Below are positions 22,377 to 33,600 of a stretch of DNA of 64,000 nt, one piece after another. The notes beneath the pieces are model-generated. The model had not been told where the DNA came from. It searched no databases and was given only the letters and a program-made list of their open reading frames with translations. Source of the DNA: Sedimentisphaerales bacterium (GTDB taxonomy: Bacteria; Planctomycetota; Phycisphaerae; Sedimentisphaerales; SM23-30); assembly GCA_963666285.1 (NCBI GenBank), contig OY762711.1; one strand, written 5' to 3'. The stretch's first letter is position 1. Every line of letters begins with the position of its first letter. The translations under genes and the position numbers were made by a program.

Positions 22377-24092
22377 ATGACTCAAGATCAAAAAAAAGAA
22401 ATATATTATCTGCTGAACTGCCTTTGTGAAGGCATAATAAAGGATGATGAATTTGACAGATTAGAGGAACTGCTTAACTCAGACAGGCAGGTACGAGAAA
22501 TGTATGTAGATTTCATTTCTTTATGGTCTGATTTGAGAACATTCCAAATGTCGGTTTCGCCAAGAAATGATGGAGGTATTTCAAGCATCCAGAATGTTAT
22601 GGATACGCCGTACCAGATAAGTGATACCGGGATATGGGAGGCACTTCTTAAGGCAGAGAAAGAATATTCAGCACTTGAGATAGCAGAAGAGCCAGAACAA
22701 GAAGCGGTAGTGGGACTCAAGCCGTCGAATAAAAAACCGAGCAGATTCTATTCGATATATAATAAAATAGTCTATGCAGCGGCAGTATTAATGTTTGTTC
22801 TCATAGTTTATAATTATGTATTTCCGCCAAAATATACAGTAGAGGTTGCAACAGTAAGTGACCAAATTGGAGTATTATGGGGCAACTCATCTGAAACCAT
22901 GGATATAAATGACCGTGTCTTGACAAATCAGCCTCCATTTATACTAGATAAAGGGCTGGTGAAGCTTGAGTTTGATGATGGTGTTAATGTGTTGATTGAA
23001 GGCCCGGCAGAATTTATGGTGGAAAGAAAGGGTCTTTCATTAACATACGGTAAATTGTATTCTCATGTGTATGAGACAGGCCGAGGATTTACAGTTGATA
23101 CTCCCAATACACGTTTTATCGATCTTGGAACCGAATTTTGTGTTTTGGCGGAAAAGAATAAATCATCAGAGCTGCATGTATTGAAGGGAGAAGTTCAATA
23201 TTTTTACGGCTTGCCGGGTGCAAATAAGTCGAGCAAGATTATTACAGAGAATAATGCGAGAAGATTTGACGGCGACTCTGGAGAAGTTCAGGCAATACCG
23301 GTAGCAAATACCTCATTTGTGCGTCATTTAGACTCTAAAAGCGGTTTTATCTGGCGAGGCCGAAACAGGATATCCTTAGTGAACATACTATCAGGAAATA
23401 TATTTACTGCATCGCCGGACGGTGTTGAGATTAACCCGGTTACGGGAGAATATGTAACACATGAAGATTATGTGAGCGGAATTGAGAGAAGCGGCGGACT
23501 AGAGTATCAGGAAATGGACAGTCCATTTATCGACGGTACATTTGTGCCGCAGGGTGGTCAGCCGCAAGTGATAACGTCAACTCAATTGAAATGGCAGGCA
23601 CCGAAGACAAGTGGTTTGCTACATTATAACCTGAGCGATCGTAAGATTATTTATGATGGTGTTTCGGATAAGAGGTATAATCTCTCGCTGAAAGATGATC
23701 CCGGCGATTCTCCTTCATTGTTAATGCATCCGAATATGGGCCTGACGTTAGACCTTGGAAAAATACGTAAAGAGATTACCGGAATGAATATTGTAAGATT
23801 TTCTGTGAGGTGCGGTATTGCAGATGCCATGGATGAGGTTCTCAGTACTTTGTATCCGGATGGAAAAGTTCCTGAATTACAAAAGCCGGAAATGGCTTTT
23901 ATAGTCTTACTTGACGGTAAAGAATGCAAAACAGAACGCGGAATAAGCCTGGAATCCGGGGCAAGAAAAATTGATATAGAAATTGATTCTGAAGCACGTT
24001 TTTTAACCTTAGCGGCAACAGATGGAAATCAATCATTTGTGTATGACTGGTTTTTCCTGGAAGACCCTGTGTTGGTAATAGAATCTCAATAG
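22377..24092 (+). CDS. FecR-domain anti-sigma factor with C-terminal NPCBM-like domain
   Basis: N-terminal anti-sigma helices, one TM segment, GFTVDTP...DLGTEF...LHVLKGEV, MHPNMGLTLDL...FLTLAATDG. Confidence 0.82.
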   Translation: MTQDQKKEIYYLLNCLCEGIIKDDEFDRLEELLNSDRQVREMYVDFISLWSDLRTFQMSVSPRNDGGISSIQNVMDTPYQISDTGIWEALLKAEKEYSALEIAEEPEQEAVVGLKPSNKKPSRFYSIYNKIVYAAAVLMFVLIVYNYVFPPKYTVEVATVSDQIGVLWGNSSETMDINDRVLTNQPPFILDKGLVKLEFDDGVNVLIEGPAEFMVERKGLSLTYGKLYSHVYETGRGFTVDTPNTRFIDLGTEFCVLAEKNKSSELHVLKGEVQYFYGLPGANKSSKIITENNARRFDGDSGEVQAIPVANTSFVRHLDSKSGFIWRGRNRISLVNILSGNIFTASPDGVEINPVTGEYVTHEDYVSGIERSGGLEYQEMDSPFIDGTFVPQGGQPQVITSTQLKWQAPKTSGLLHYNLSDRKIIYDGVSDKRYNLSLKDDPGDSPSLLMHPNMGLTLDLGKIRKEITGMNIVRFSVRCGIADAMDEVLSTLYPDGKVPELQKPEMAFIVLLDGKECKTERGISLESGARKIDIEIDSEARFLTLAATDGNQSFVYDWFFLEDPVLVIESQ

Positions 24093-24229
24093 TAGAATGC
24101 TTGTGTGTTATTTATTGACCAGCATCAAATGCGAGGCCTTTACAGGGAAATAAAGTGAATCCAGTTTGAGAACAATAAAAATATGAATAGAAAATCGTTT
24201 GCAGGAATGTAGACCTGCGAAATAATAAA

Positions 24230-24390
24230 GGCAATCTCTGATAATTCATTTTGAACGACTAATTTTACTTTTGTCTGCTGACATATTTGACATAAAGCAG
24301 TGAATACAGCCCAATATGCACGATTTTATGTTTATTGTCAGCAATCAAAAAAGTATAGACTATCGTATCAAATGTATTCAAGAGGTCAGC
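24230..24390 (+). mobile_element. 161-bp palindromic MITE-like element, copy 2 (more diverged)
   Basis: GGCAATCTCTGATAATTCATTTTGAACGACT...CTGCTGACA...CAGTGAATACAGCCCAATATGCACGATTTTATG...TGTCAGCAA...AGAGGTCAGC; flanked by TAAA/TAAA. Confidence 0.8.
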
Positions 24391-24416
24391 TAAAATATTC
24401 TTTGGAGGAATAGGTC

Positions 24417-25166
24417 ATGAAAAGATGTTTGCTAATTGTTATCGTTGGAATCATATCATCAATTGCGTCAGTAAGCCATGCGGCTGTAATAAGCTGGAAT
24501 AATGACACATATTCTACGGTTGGCGGTGATGGTGCGAGTAGTCTTCCTGCCTTGTCAGAAGTGGGTGGTGCATATTCAGCCGGCGGCTGGACTAACAACT
24601 GGCCGGATTATGATTATACCGATCTTCGAGATAACACAGGAAGTGAAACGACAATGGATCTTGCTATTTCCAATAATGGCGGAACATGGGTAGCCTGGGA
24701 CTGGAATCATCCTGGACAGGATGCAGACGGATCCTGGAATAATGAAATGCTGAATGGTTATCTGAATGGCGGCGGTTCTGAAAACAGTGTAAGTATTACT
24801 TTGAGTGAAGTTCCTTATGCCGTATATGATGTATATGTTTATGTTGTTTCTGATAACAATACACGTACAGGGACAGTAACTGACGGTATAACAACGTATA
24901 GTTTTGGCGTTCTTGATAATATGATCAACTCAGGCGGAAACGCATTGTTAGTACAAACAACCGATATTAGCGGTGCGAATCCAGAGGCAAACTATGCCGT
25001 ATTCAGCGGTCTTAGCGGAGATACCCAGACATTCTCGACAACATTTTATAATGCTGATGGCGGCTTTGATTATGGCGGGATCGCAGGATTCCAGGTAGTT
25101 GAAGTTCCGGAACCGGCAACATTAGTCATCATGGGCTTAGGAGCTATGATTATACGTCGAAGATAA
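24417..25166 (+). CDS. PEP-CTERM sorting-domain surface protein
   Basis: Signal peptide; C-terminal VPEPATLVIMGLGAMIIRRR; RBS GGAGG. Confidence 0.9.
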   Translation: MKRCLLIVIVGIISSIASVSHAAVISWNNDTYSTVGGDGASSLPALSEVGGAYSAGGWTNNWPDYDYTDLRDNTGSETTMDLAISNNGGTWVAWDWNHPGQDADGSWNNEMLNGYLNGGGSENSVSITLSEVPYAVYDVYVYVVSDNNTRTGTVTDGITTYSFGVLDNMINSGGNALLVQTTDISGANPEANYAVFSGLSGDTQTFSTTFYNADGGFDYGGIAGFQVVEVPEPATLVIMGLGAMIIRRR

Positions 25167-25353
25167 GATTATGCTTACGTGCATTTTCAGTATATGGCTA
25201 GTATGAAAGTTAGCAATAACCATATGAATATGTATAAAATTATCTCAAACTAACTGATTGGCAGTTTGAGCATGCTATATTTGTTACAGCAAAACAAAGT
25301 GTAAAATCGGTCACTTTGTGTAAATAGTTATGTTTTGTTTAAGGAGAACTATA

Positions 25354-27318
25354 ATGAAGAAATTGTTATTGGTAATTGTATTGTCTATTTCATCTCTAAG
25401 TTGGGGGCTGGTATTAAACAATGCAAATTTTGATGCACAGACTATAGCAGATGGCGGATGGTCATCACCTGCCGATGTTGCAGAATGGGACTTGAACTTT
25501 GGGTATTCACATGCGCAGAATTTACCGCAGGGTGATAGCGGCGGTGCAATGACTGTGCCGGCACAAAGCGGTGAGAACACCTGTGGCCTTAATGGTGATG
25601 ATGGTGATAATGGCGGTACCTATATATCTCAGATAGTAAAGGAAGACGATGGTGTAACCGCAGTATTGGTAGAGGCAGGAAAGACATATAAGGTAACAGT
25701 ATGGGTTGGCAGAAGGTCAGGTGACCAGGGCACCTATGCTGGTATTCTAAATGTTTATCTGCAGGAAACCTCCGGTGAAGAACCAACAGATATTACCATG
25801 GCTTCTTATGATCTGATAGCCCAGGAGCAAAATACCTGGACACAGCAGACATTGTACCTGTCGACCGGTGATAGCCCGGCCGGAATTGGCAGTGAGTTGA
25901 GGTTAATGCTGAGAAATGTTGGCGATCGAACAGACACTCACTGGCATCAGCAGGTTGTATTGGATGATGTTACGATAGCTCCTTCCAATATAGCAAAAGT
26001 ACCAGATCCTTATAACGGCGAGATTAAAGTAAATATTGATACGGCTTTGAACTGGGAAGCACCAGACGAGTTTGTACCGGTTGGATACGATGTCAGGATT
26101 GGTACTGATCCTAATATGACAACTGTTTTGGCAACAGGTACGACTGATACTACTGTTGACGCATCGCCAAGTGGTGACCTGGCATATAATACAAAATATT
26201 ACTGGCGTGTTGATGCGGTAGAATCAGACGGCGGCAGTACCGTAACACATTCAGGTGAGATGTGGGAATTTACAACAATTCCGGAAGCACCAGTATATAC
26301 ACTACAGCCTACCGTATTTGTTGCAGCACCGGGAACTGATGCCGAATTTGAAGTGTCAGCATTGAATACCACCAGTTATGAATGGTTCAAGTCCGCAGAT
26401 GCAGTTGTTGGTGATGACACATCGGCAGGTACCGGAGCCAAACTGGTTCTGACAGAAGTAGATGTAAATGATGAAGCATATTATTATTGTGTAGCAACAG
26501 GCCCGGCGGGATCTGAGATATCAGATATTGCTACATTAGCAGTAGAGCGTAAAGTTGCACATTGGACCCTGGATGAATTATCCAGTGGGCAATATGCCGA
26601 TATCAGCGGCGAAGGTCATAATGCGGATCCAAACGGAGCACCGACCTTCTCAGCCGGAGCTATTAATAATGGTGTAACAATAACAGATACTAACGGATGG
26701 GCGTCAGCAGGCACCTGGAATCCATCAGAATATTCGAAACAGCTGACGATTTCCATGTGGGTTAAGACAAGTGGCGATTTTGGTAACTGGCGAGGATTGA
26801 TATCTAAGCGTAATTCATGGGGGACAGATACCATGATGTGGCGTATGGAACAAGATAGTGGCACAGGAAATGTTGTATTTGGCAGCTCTTCCGGTTCTAT
26901 TGTGTCAGCTACTCCATTGCCGGCAGGTGAATGGGAGCATGTAGCAGTTACCTTTGACGGGTCAACGGCAACTATTTACCGAAATGGTGTAAACAGTGTA
27001 AGCGGTGCAGTGACATTCCAGAATAAAACCGATGCTAACCTTATGATTGGTGCCGGTGAAATGACAGATGACGGCACAGTAAGCTATATTTATCTGGGTG
27101 ACCTGGATGATATTCAGCTTTACAATTATGCGTTAAGCTATACTGAGGTTGCAGATCTATACCTGGAATCGCCTTTATCAGAACCATTTGTTTGTGTAGA
27201 ATCTTATGCTTCGGACTATGATTATGACAACAACTGTGTTATTGATGTCTATGATTTTTCAGTTATAGCATCTCAATGGCTAAGCTGCGGTCGCTATCCA
27301 GCATCTGAATGTAACTGA
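25354..27318 (+). CDS. Secreted non-catalytic protein: CBM-like N-domain, FN3-like, Ig, LamG, single dockerin-like tag
   Basis: Signal peptide after AAGGAG; YYWRVD; Ig (YEWFK...YYCVA); LamG (TISMWVK, WEHVAVTFDG, LDDIQLYNYAL); DYDNNCVIDVYDF..IASQWL. Confidence 0.8.
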   Translation: MKKLLLVIVLSISSLSWGLVLNNANFDAQTIADGGWSSPADVAEWDLNFGYSHAQNLPQGDSGGAMTVPAQSGENTCGLNGDDGDNGGTYISQIVKEDDGVTAVLVEAGKTYKVTVWVGRRSGDQGTYAGILNVYLQETSGEEPTDITMASYDLIAQEQNTWTQQTLYLSTGDSPAGIGSELRLMLRNVGDRTDTHWHQQVVLDDVTIAPSNIAKVPDPYNGEIKVNIDTALNWEAPDEFVPVGYDVRIGTDPNMTTVLATGTTDTTVDASPSGDLAYNTKYYWRVDAVESDGGSTVTHSGEMWEFTTIPEAPVYTLQPTVFVAAPGTDAEFEVSALNTTSYEWFKSADAVVGDDTSAGTGAKLVLTEVDVNDEAYYYCVATGPAGSEISDIATLAVERKVAHWTLDELSSGQYADISGEGHNADPNGAPTFSAGAINNGVTITDTNGWASAGTWNPSEYSKQLTISMWVKTSGDFGNWRGLISKRNSWGTDTMMWRMEQDSGTGNVVFGSSSGSIVSATPLPAGEWEHVAVTFDGSTATIYRNGVNSVSGAVTFQNKTDANLMIGAGEMTDDGTVSYIYLGDLDDIQLYNYALSYTEVADLYLESPLSEPFVCVESYASDYDYDNNCVIDVYDFSVIASQWLSCGRYPASECN

Positions 27319-27345
27319 TAATTGTGTTTGATTGCATTTTTCATG

Positions 27346-27382
27346 AAAACAGAGGCGAGCTAAACCTCGTCTCTGTTTTTTT
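27346..27382 (+). terminator. Rho-independent terminator
   Basis: AAAACAGAGGCGAG-ctaaac-CTCGTCTCTGTTTTTTT. Confidence 0.8.
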
Positions 27383-27478
27383 ATGCAAAATGAGACTAAT
27401 TGTGAGTGTATTTAGGCCAGAGATGATCTTATGAATGATAGTATAATCGTATGCGAGAACAGGTGGTATGGAGAAAGT

Positions 27479-30460
27479 ATGAAAGTATATACGAAAATGG
27501 AAGTGAATCGAGTAATGAAATCATTCTTTAGTTTTATGCTTGTTTTGACAGTGCTGTGTCAGGGAGTGCAGGCAGTTTTGCCAGAGCCGTGGCAGGGCCT
27601 TGATGTTGGTAATGTCGGTAGTGCGGGAAGTAGTTATTATTCAGATGGAACTTTTACTGTAAGCGGGTCAGGTGCCGACATATGGGATAGGGCAGATGAG
27701 TTTCAATATGTTTGCCAGCCTTACACCGGTGATTTTCAAATTGAAGGTACAGTAGTATCACAAACTGTTACTGACGGATGGGCCAAAGCAGGTTTGATGA
27801 TACGTGAGACGCTGGCGGATGATTCCTGTCATGTAATGATTGTTATTACCCCTTCGAATGGCAGTTCAATGCAACATCGACCGGAAGAAGGCGGCGTATC
27901 TTACCATATTACGCCAGGTAATGGTATGATAGTGCCATGTCACCTTAAGTTGATACGGGTAGGAGATGAATTCAGTGGGTACAGCTCAAACGATGGTGAA
28001 AACTGGGTGTTGATTTCTTCTGTAACGGTATCAATGGCAGCAGAGGTATATGCCGGTTTATGTGTGACAGCGCATAATGATGGTCAGATATCAACAGCAG
28101 AGTATGTAAATGTATCGATAGTTAACGATTCAAATCCTCCGGAACCAGACCCGGCAGGTTGGTCGGTAATGCCATATGCCAGCAGTAGTAATTCAGTTGA
28201 AATGACTGCAATAGCAGGAACGGATATCAGCGGCCCGGTGGAGTATTACTTTGAAGAGACAAGCGGAAACTCAGGGGGAAACAGCAGCGGCTGGATTTCA
28301 GAACCGGTATATAAGGATTTGGGGCTTCAAGCGATGGAAACGTATACGTACGTGGTTCGCATGCGAGATACAATGGGTAATGTTGGCAATGATTCTATAC
28401 CGGTTTCAGTAACAACAGGCCCGATTCCTGATTCTGATGATGATAATGATATTGATTTGGCGGACTATGCATTTTTTTCGTCAAACTGGCAAAAGACGGA
28501 TAGTTCGAAGGTTTCATGGGGCGGTGGTTCAGATTTTGACCTGAACGGTGTGGTTGACATTCCAGACCTTGAGATTTTGTGTAGTGCGTGGCTGGGAACG
28601 GGAGATTTGGGACATTTTTATGATTGGGCTGTTACGCCTCCTATGGGCTGGAACAGCTGGGATTGCTTCGGTTGTAGTGTTACGGAATCCGAGGTGAAAG
28701 CCAATGCAGATTATATGGCAGCACATTTGAAACAGTACGGATGGGAATATATAGTAGTTGATATACAATGGTATGAGCCGAAATCGGATTTAAACAGTGC
28801 GGATCCATACTCGTATCCCTCCGTTCTCGATACAAATATAGACGAATATGGTCGAGTATGGCCGGTTGCTAATAAGCATCCATCTTCGGTTGATGGGAAT
28901 GGTTTTATGCCACTGGCGGACTATGTCCATTCACTTGGTTTGAAATTTGGCGTTCACATGATGCGAGGAATACCAAAGGCGGCTTATGAGTCTTATACTC
29001 CAGTAAAAGGCACAATATACAGTGCAAGGGATATAGCAGATATATCAAGCACCTGTTCCTGGAATCCAGATATGTATGGCGTAGATATGAGTAAACCAGG
29101 TGCCCAGGAATATTATAATTCTGTGATAGATCAGGCTGCCGGATGGGGAGTGGATTATATCAAGATCGATGATTTGAGCCGCCCTTACCATCAGGATGAG
29201 ATAGAAGCTATCAGGAAAGCAATTGATCAATGCGGGCGGGCGATAGTGTTTAGTACTTCTCCGGGAGCAACGCCATTAACATCAGGAGAACATGTATCCC
29301 AAAATGCCAATTTATGGCGGATTAGTGACGATTTCTGGGACAGTTGGGGGTATTTGGATGATCAGTTCCAGAGACTTTACGACTGGAGTGTATGGAGAGG
29401 AAATGGCCATTATCCGGATGCTGATATGCTGCCGCTGGGAAATGTACGTGCCCGAAGTAATGGCTGGACGAATTTTACAGAAACTGAGCAGAAGACGATG
29501 ATGACATTATGGGCAATTGCCAGGTCGCCTTTGATGATGGGCGGTCATATGCCAAATAATGATGCATATACTCAGTCACTGCTGACTAATGCGGAAGTAT
29601 TAGAGGTAAATCAGCATAGTGAAAATAACCGTGCTATTGTCAATAGCAGTTATCCGATATGGGCGGCTGATGTGCCGGAATGTGATGATATATATCTTGC
29701 TGTGTTTAACCGTACATCAACAGGGCCGACCAATGTACAGGTGATATTGAGTCACCTGGGAGTAAAGCGATGCATGGTGAGAGACTTATGGCTGCATACG
29801 GACTTAGGAGAATATTCTGAAACATTTTCGCCGGATATTGAAGCGCATGGTGCGGGCCTATATAGAATAACAATACTTGAAAAGACTCCGGTTACAGAAC
29901 CGGTAAAAGATCTATATTTAATTAATCCGGATTTTGACACGCAGGTGATTGGAGATGGCGGCTGGACTGGAGCCGGAGATATATCAGGCTGGAATGATGA
30001 TACCGGCGGATGGGCCCATGCCCAGAATCTAAGCTCTTCGGCAATTGTGCCAGAATCTCAGAATGGTGATAACACCTGCGGGTTAAACCAGGGAGCCTGG
30101 ATAGGCCAGAATCTGAGTTATACAGACGGCAGTTCGGTAGTGATTGAGCCTGAAAAGGTGTATCAAGTATCATTATGGGTAGGTCGCAGGCTGGGTACGG
30201 AAGGTACAGCAGCCGGAATTTTAACGATTTACCTTGAGGATACAATAACCCGTGAGATTTTAGATGAGTATGTTTATGATCTGGAAATTCAAAGCCAAGG
30301 AGAGTGGGTGAGTAAGGAATTTGAACTAACTACAGGAACAGCTCCAGGCGGAACCGGCAATCCATTGCGGCTTGGCATGAAAAATACCGGAACACGCGGC
30401 GGTGAATTCTGGTATGGTCAGGTTGTTATTGATGATATTGATTTTAGCGAAACTGAATAG
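27479..30460 (+). CDS. Secreted GH27 (alpha-galactosidase / beta-L-arabinopyranosidase-like) with accessory domains and internal dockerin-like pair
   Basis: TPPMGWNSWD, WEYIVVDIQWY, GLKFGVH, WGVDYIKIDD, WRISDD, PDADML; start is 27479 or 27515. Confidence 0.88.
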   Translation: MKVYTKMEVNRVMKSFFSFMLVLTVLCQGVQAVLPEPWQGLDVGNVGSAGSSYYSDGTFTVSGSGADIWDRADEFQYVCQPYTGDFQIEGTVVSQTVTDGWAKAGLMIRETLADDSCHVMIVITPSNGSSMQHRPEEGGVSYHITPGNGMIVPCHLKLIRVGDEFSGYSSNDGENWVLISSVTVSMAAEVYAGLCVTAHNDGQISTAEYVNVSIVNDSNPPEPDPAGWSVMPYASSSNSVEMTAIAGTDISGPVEYYFEETSGNSGGNSSGWISEPVYKDLGLQAMETYTYVVRMRDTMGNVGNDSIPVSVTTGPIPDSDDDNDIDLADYAFFSSNWQKTDSSKVSWGGGSDFDLNGVVDIPDLEILCSAWLGTGDLGHFYDWAVTPPMGWNSWDCFGCSVTESEVKANADYMAAHLKQYGWEYIVVDIQWYEPKSDLNSADPYSYPSVLDTNIDEYGRVWPVANKHPSSVDGNGFMPLADYVHSLGLKFGVHMMRGIPKAAYESYTPVKGTIYSARDIADISSTCSWNPDMYGVDMSKPGAQEYYNSVIDQAAGWGVDYIKIDDLSRPYHQDEIEAIRKAIDQCGRAIVFSTSPGATPLTSGEHVSQNANLWRISDDFWDSWGYLDDQFQRLYDWSVWRGNGHYPDADMLPLGNVRARSNGWTNFTETEQKTMMTLWAIARSPLMMGGHMPNNDAYTQSLLTNAEVLEVNQHSENNRAIVNSSYPIWAADVPECDDIYLAVFNRTSTGPTNVQVILSHLGVKRCMVRDLWLHTDLGEYSETFSPDIEAHGAGLYRITILEKTPVTEPVKDLYLINPDFDTQVIGDGGWTGAGDISGWNDDTGGWAHAQNLSSSAIVPESQNGDNTCGLNQGAWIGQNLSYTDGSSVVIEPEKVYQVSLWVGRRLGTEGTAAGILTIYLEDTITREILDEYVYDLEIQSQGEWVSKEFELTTGTAPGGTGNPLRLGMKNTGTRGGEFWYGQVVIDDIDFSETE

Positions 30461-30521
30461 GCAGTATATTCGAGATCTAATTCGTTGGGTGCATAATTCT
30501 TATTAGATTTTGGGTGTATCC

Positions 30522-30558
30522 TATACACTGTGCAGGTTAACAGCTTACACAGTGTATA
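30522..30558. terminator. Hairpin between convergent genes
   Basis: TATACACTGTG...CACAGTGTATA inverted repeat. Confidence 0.55.
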
Positions 30559-30595
30559 TTTTTGACAGTGTAATCATTTGAAGCATATTATAAAG

Positions 30596-30627
30596 AAAGC
30601 CCTGTAATCATTCGATTACAAGGCTTT
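30596..30627. terminator. Bidirectional terminator-like hairpin
   Basis: AAAGCCCTGTAATC-attc-GATTACAAGGCTTT. Confidence 0.65.
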
Positions 30628-30671
30628 ATATTTAGTAGGAATGTTCTTATGTTTGAAAGCATAAGGGCCTA

Positions 30672-33600
30672 TTACTGTCCCGGATTTGGCTGTAGGGCGG
30701 ACCAGTTAGCAGGGTCGTTGCCGTAAGAGTCTTCATATATCCGATTCAGGCTGGTACCATCACTGTCAGGAGCGGTAGGCCAAGGCAGATAGTCATCATA
30801 TTTGACTTTATCAACACAGATCCAGAACCTGTCGCTATCCCATTCCTGATCGCCAGGCATTGATAGCTGGATAGTTTCACCATCGTTAGAAAGTGAACCA
30901 CTTGTCCATTGGAATATACGAGTTCCAGAAGGAACAGTTGAATAATAAGCGTTAAAGGCTGCGGCATCCTTCACCAGTAAAATACGTTCACCGGCAGATA
31001 GGGTAGTATTGGCCGGGAATGTATATTCAATGCCGTTAGTGACACTCCATGGAATTGAATCGTTGGTAATTTGAGACGGGTCAGGTCCGAATTGAGTGCC
31101 GACAGTTGAAAACAGGTCAACGTCAGATGCTGTGATATTGACAAGCTCAAGATATTCAAGTGCGTTGTCTGTTGGGTGATACATAATCTCACTGATAACA
31201 ACAGGTCCGACAAGCGGATCGGAATTAACATCACCATCGGTTTTTGAACTCATCGCAACAAAATTATACTCGCCTGTGCTGTTTTGATATCTTCCAAATG
31301 AAACATCGGTCTGTGATGCATCAAAATCTTCTTTCGTACGGTATCCGGTAAATTCACCGGCAGCGGCAGAGTAGAGATAAAGGGTTTCACCGCCTTCACT
31401 AAGTCCAAATCCTGTAGGAATGACCAGTTTGCCGAAATGAATATCTTCATAAAATACGACATAATCACCTGACTGAAGAATAGTATTTTCAGGGATTTCA
31501 AATTTCTTCAGATCAGCCTGATCATCACTGATGTACCAGCCGCTTATGTCGATTGCATGTTCAGAACTATTAAACAGTTCGATCCAGTCAGCAGCGTCCG
31601 CGTGTGAGTGGGCAAGTACTTCATTAAACACGATCGTTTCGGTGTTGAGTGAGCCTGGTGTCGGGATATTGAAGAAAGCATACTCGCCTGAATTTTCCGG
31701 ATTGGCACCTTGCGATACACCCGTTGTCTGAGGCAGATACAAGATACTGTCGATAATGTTCAGGTCTGAATCGTATAGGGCAATAAACTCTTCATCGGCA
31801 TCCAATCGGAAATTAAGATGACCAGGTGCATCGCTATTATCTGCTGTTAACAGCATTAAGCCGTACCCGTCAATAAAATTCAGGTCAGCAAATTCATATT
31901 TAGTCTGCTGGTTTAGCGGATTGTCAGTGATGAAAATTCCGCTAACATTTACAGGATGGCTATCAGCGTTATAGAGTTCGATGAAATCATCACCAGACTG
32001 TACAGCATCAGCAAGCCATTCGTTTATGCTGAGATTATATATATTGCCAGTCAAGCGAATGATATTGTCTGTGCCCGGAGTTGGGTAATTAAGGTTCCAG
32101 CTTTGGTAAGGTCCAGTTCTTCCGATAGAGCTGCCAGAGATCTGGTTACCAAATGTAATGGAGTCAAGAAGATTGCCCACTGTGTCATACAGGAATACTT
32201 CTTCTCCAGAAGCACTGAGATTGAAGCCGAGACTGATTTCACCGTCTACAGGGTTATTATCAGCGTATAGCAGGAGATATTCTCCGGGGGCAATTGCAGC
32301 ATTAGAGTCAAAAACATATTTTTCCGGGTCATCTGCACTGTCAGTAATACTCATACCGTTAAGGTTAACGGCAATATTACCGGCATTATACAGTTCGATC
32401 CAATCAGAATCGAAAGAATTAGCGTAAATCTCATTGATCAGTATTTTGACCTGTGAACTGTCTACGGTCCAGTTCCAGACGGTAGCCTGTGCCGGAGTTT
32501 GCCATAGATTAGCAGAAGTCTTGCCAATTACTTCCAGGGTGTGGTTAGTATCAGAAAGGCCCGTCAGGTTAATGTCTTGTTCCAATGGAAATTCACTGCT
32601 CCATGAACCGCCATCTAGACGATACTTGTAATAGGTCATGCCAGGGGCGGCAAGCGTAAATACTGCATCAGACAGATAAGTTTGAGCAAGTGGAGTAGAA
32701 GTAAAAATGATACCGCTTGGGATAAAAGCCCCCATATCCAAGCTTTGAAGTCCTGCAGCTATGCCAGGAGAGCCAGGAACAAGATTGAAATCGGCAATAT
32801 CCGGATTGGTAAAGACAGGCGTGCTATCTATATTATCATTTCCAAGTACCAGTAAGGCAGTCGGGACTATAGAACGATGGATTTCTGCAGTGGAAGGTCC
32901 AATAACTTCCGGCAGAACTGCATAGTTATTATAGAAAATACAGCTGTCAATATAAACGCCTCTGCCAGGTTCAGCCGGAGCTGCACCAAAATATATAGTG
33001 TCAGCTGATGTATTGGCGACGGTATTATTTATAAAGTACAAGAAGGCATCGTCTTTAACCTGAACGGCATGCTGACAATTCATAAATGTATTACGAACCA
33101 TTGTATAGGTCTGACCTCGGCCTGCAGAAACAATATTTGATTCTTGCGGATCGGTGTTGAACTCATCTTTGATATAATTCTTAAACAAGTTGCCTTCAAT
33201 GTAAGCATCGGTTTCAAGGTCAAGGGCATCGTCACCGCCACCCTGGAATATATTGTTAAGAATATGAGGTATAGGAGTTTGCGGCAAAACAGAATCAATA
33301 TCGATAGCGTCATTATGTCCAGGTGTTGTGCCGAAGATATTGTTTTCAATGATAAGATTGCCGCCTTCCGGCACGCCCTGGCCCCAGATATGTTCACTTG
33401 AATTATCTGTTGGGGTTTCACCAGAACGGCAAATGTCATCAAAAACACAGCCACGAATAGTAAGTGAAGAGTTGAGGAACTCAACATGTCGAAGCGGAGT
33501 TTGAGAATCAGTTCCGGTGTATCCGAGCCATGAATTTTCAAGAATGAGGCTGGAATTTACAAGTCCTATCATACCCTCATCAGAGCGGGATTCATCAATA

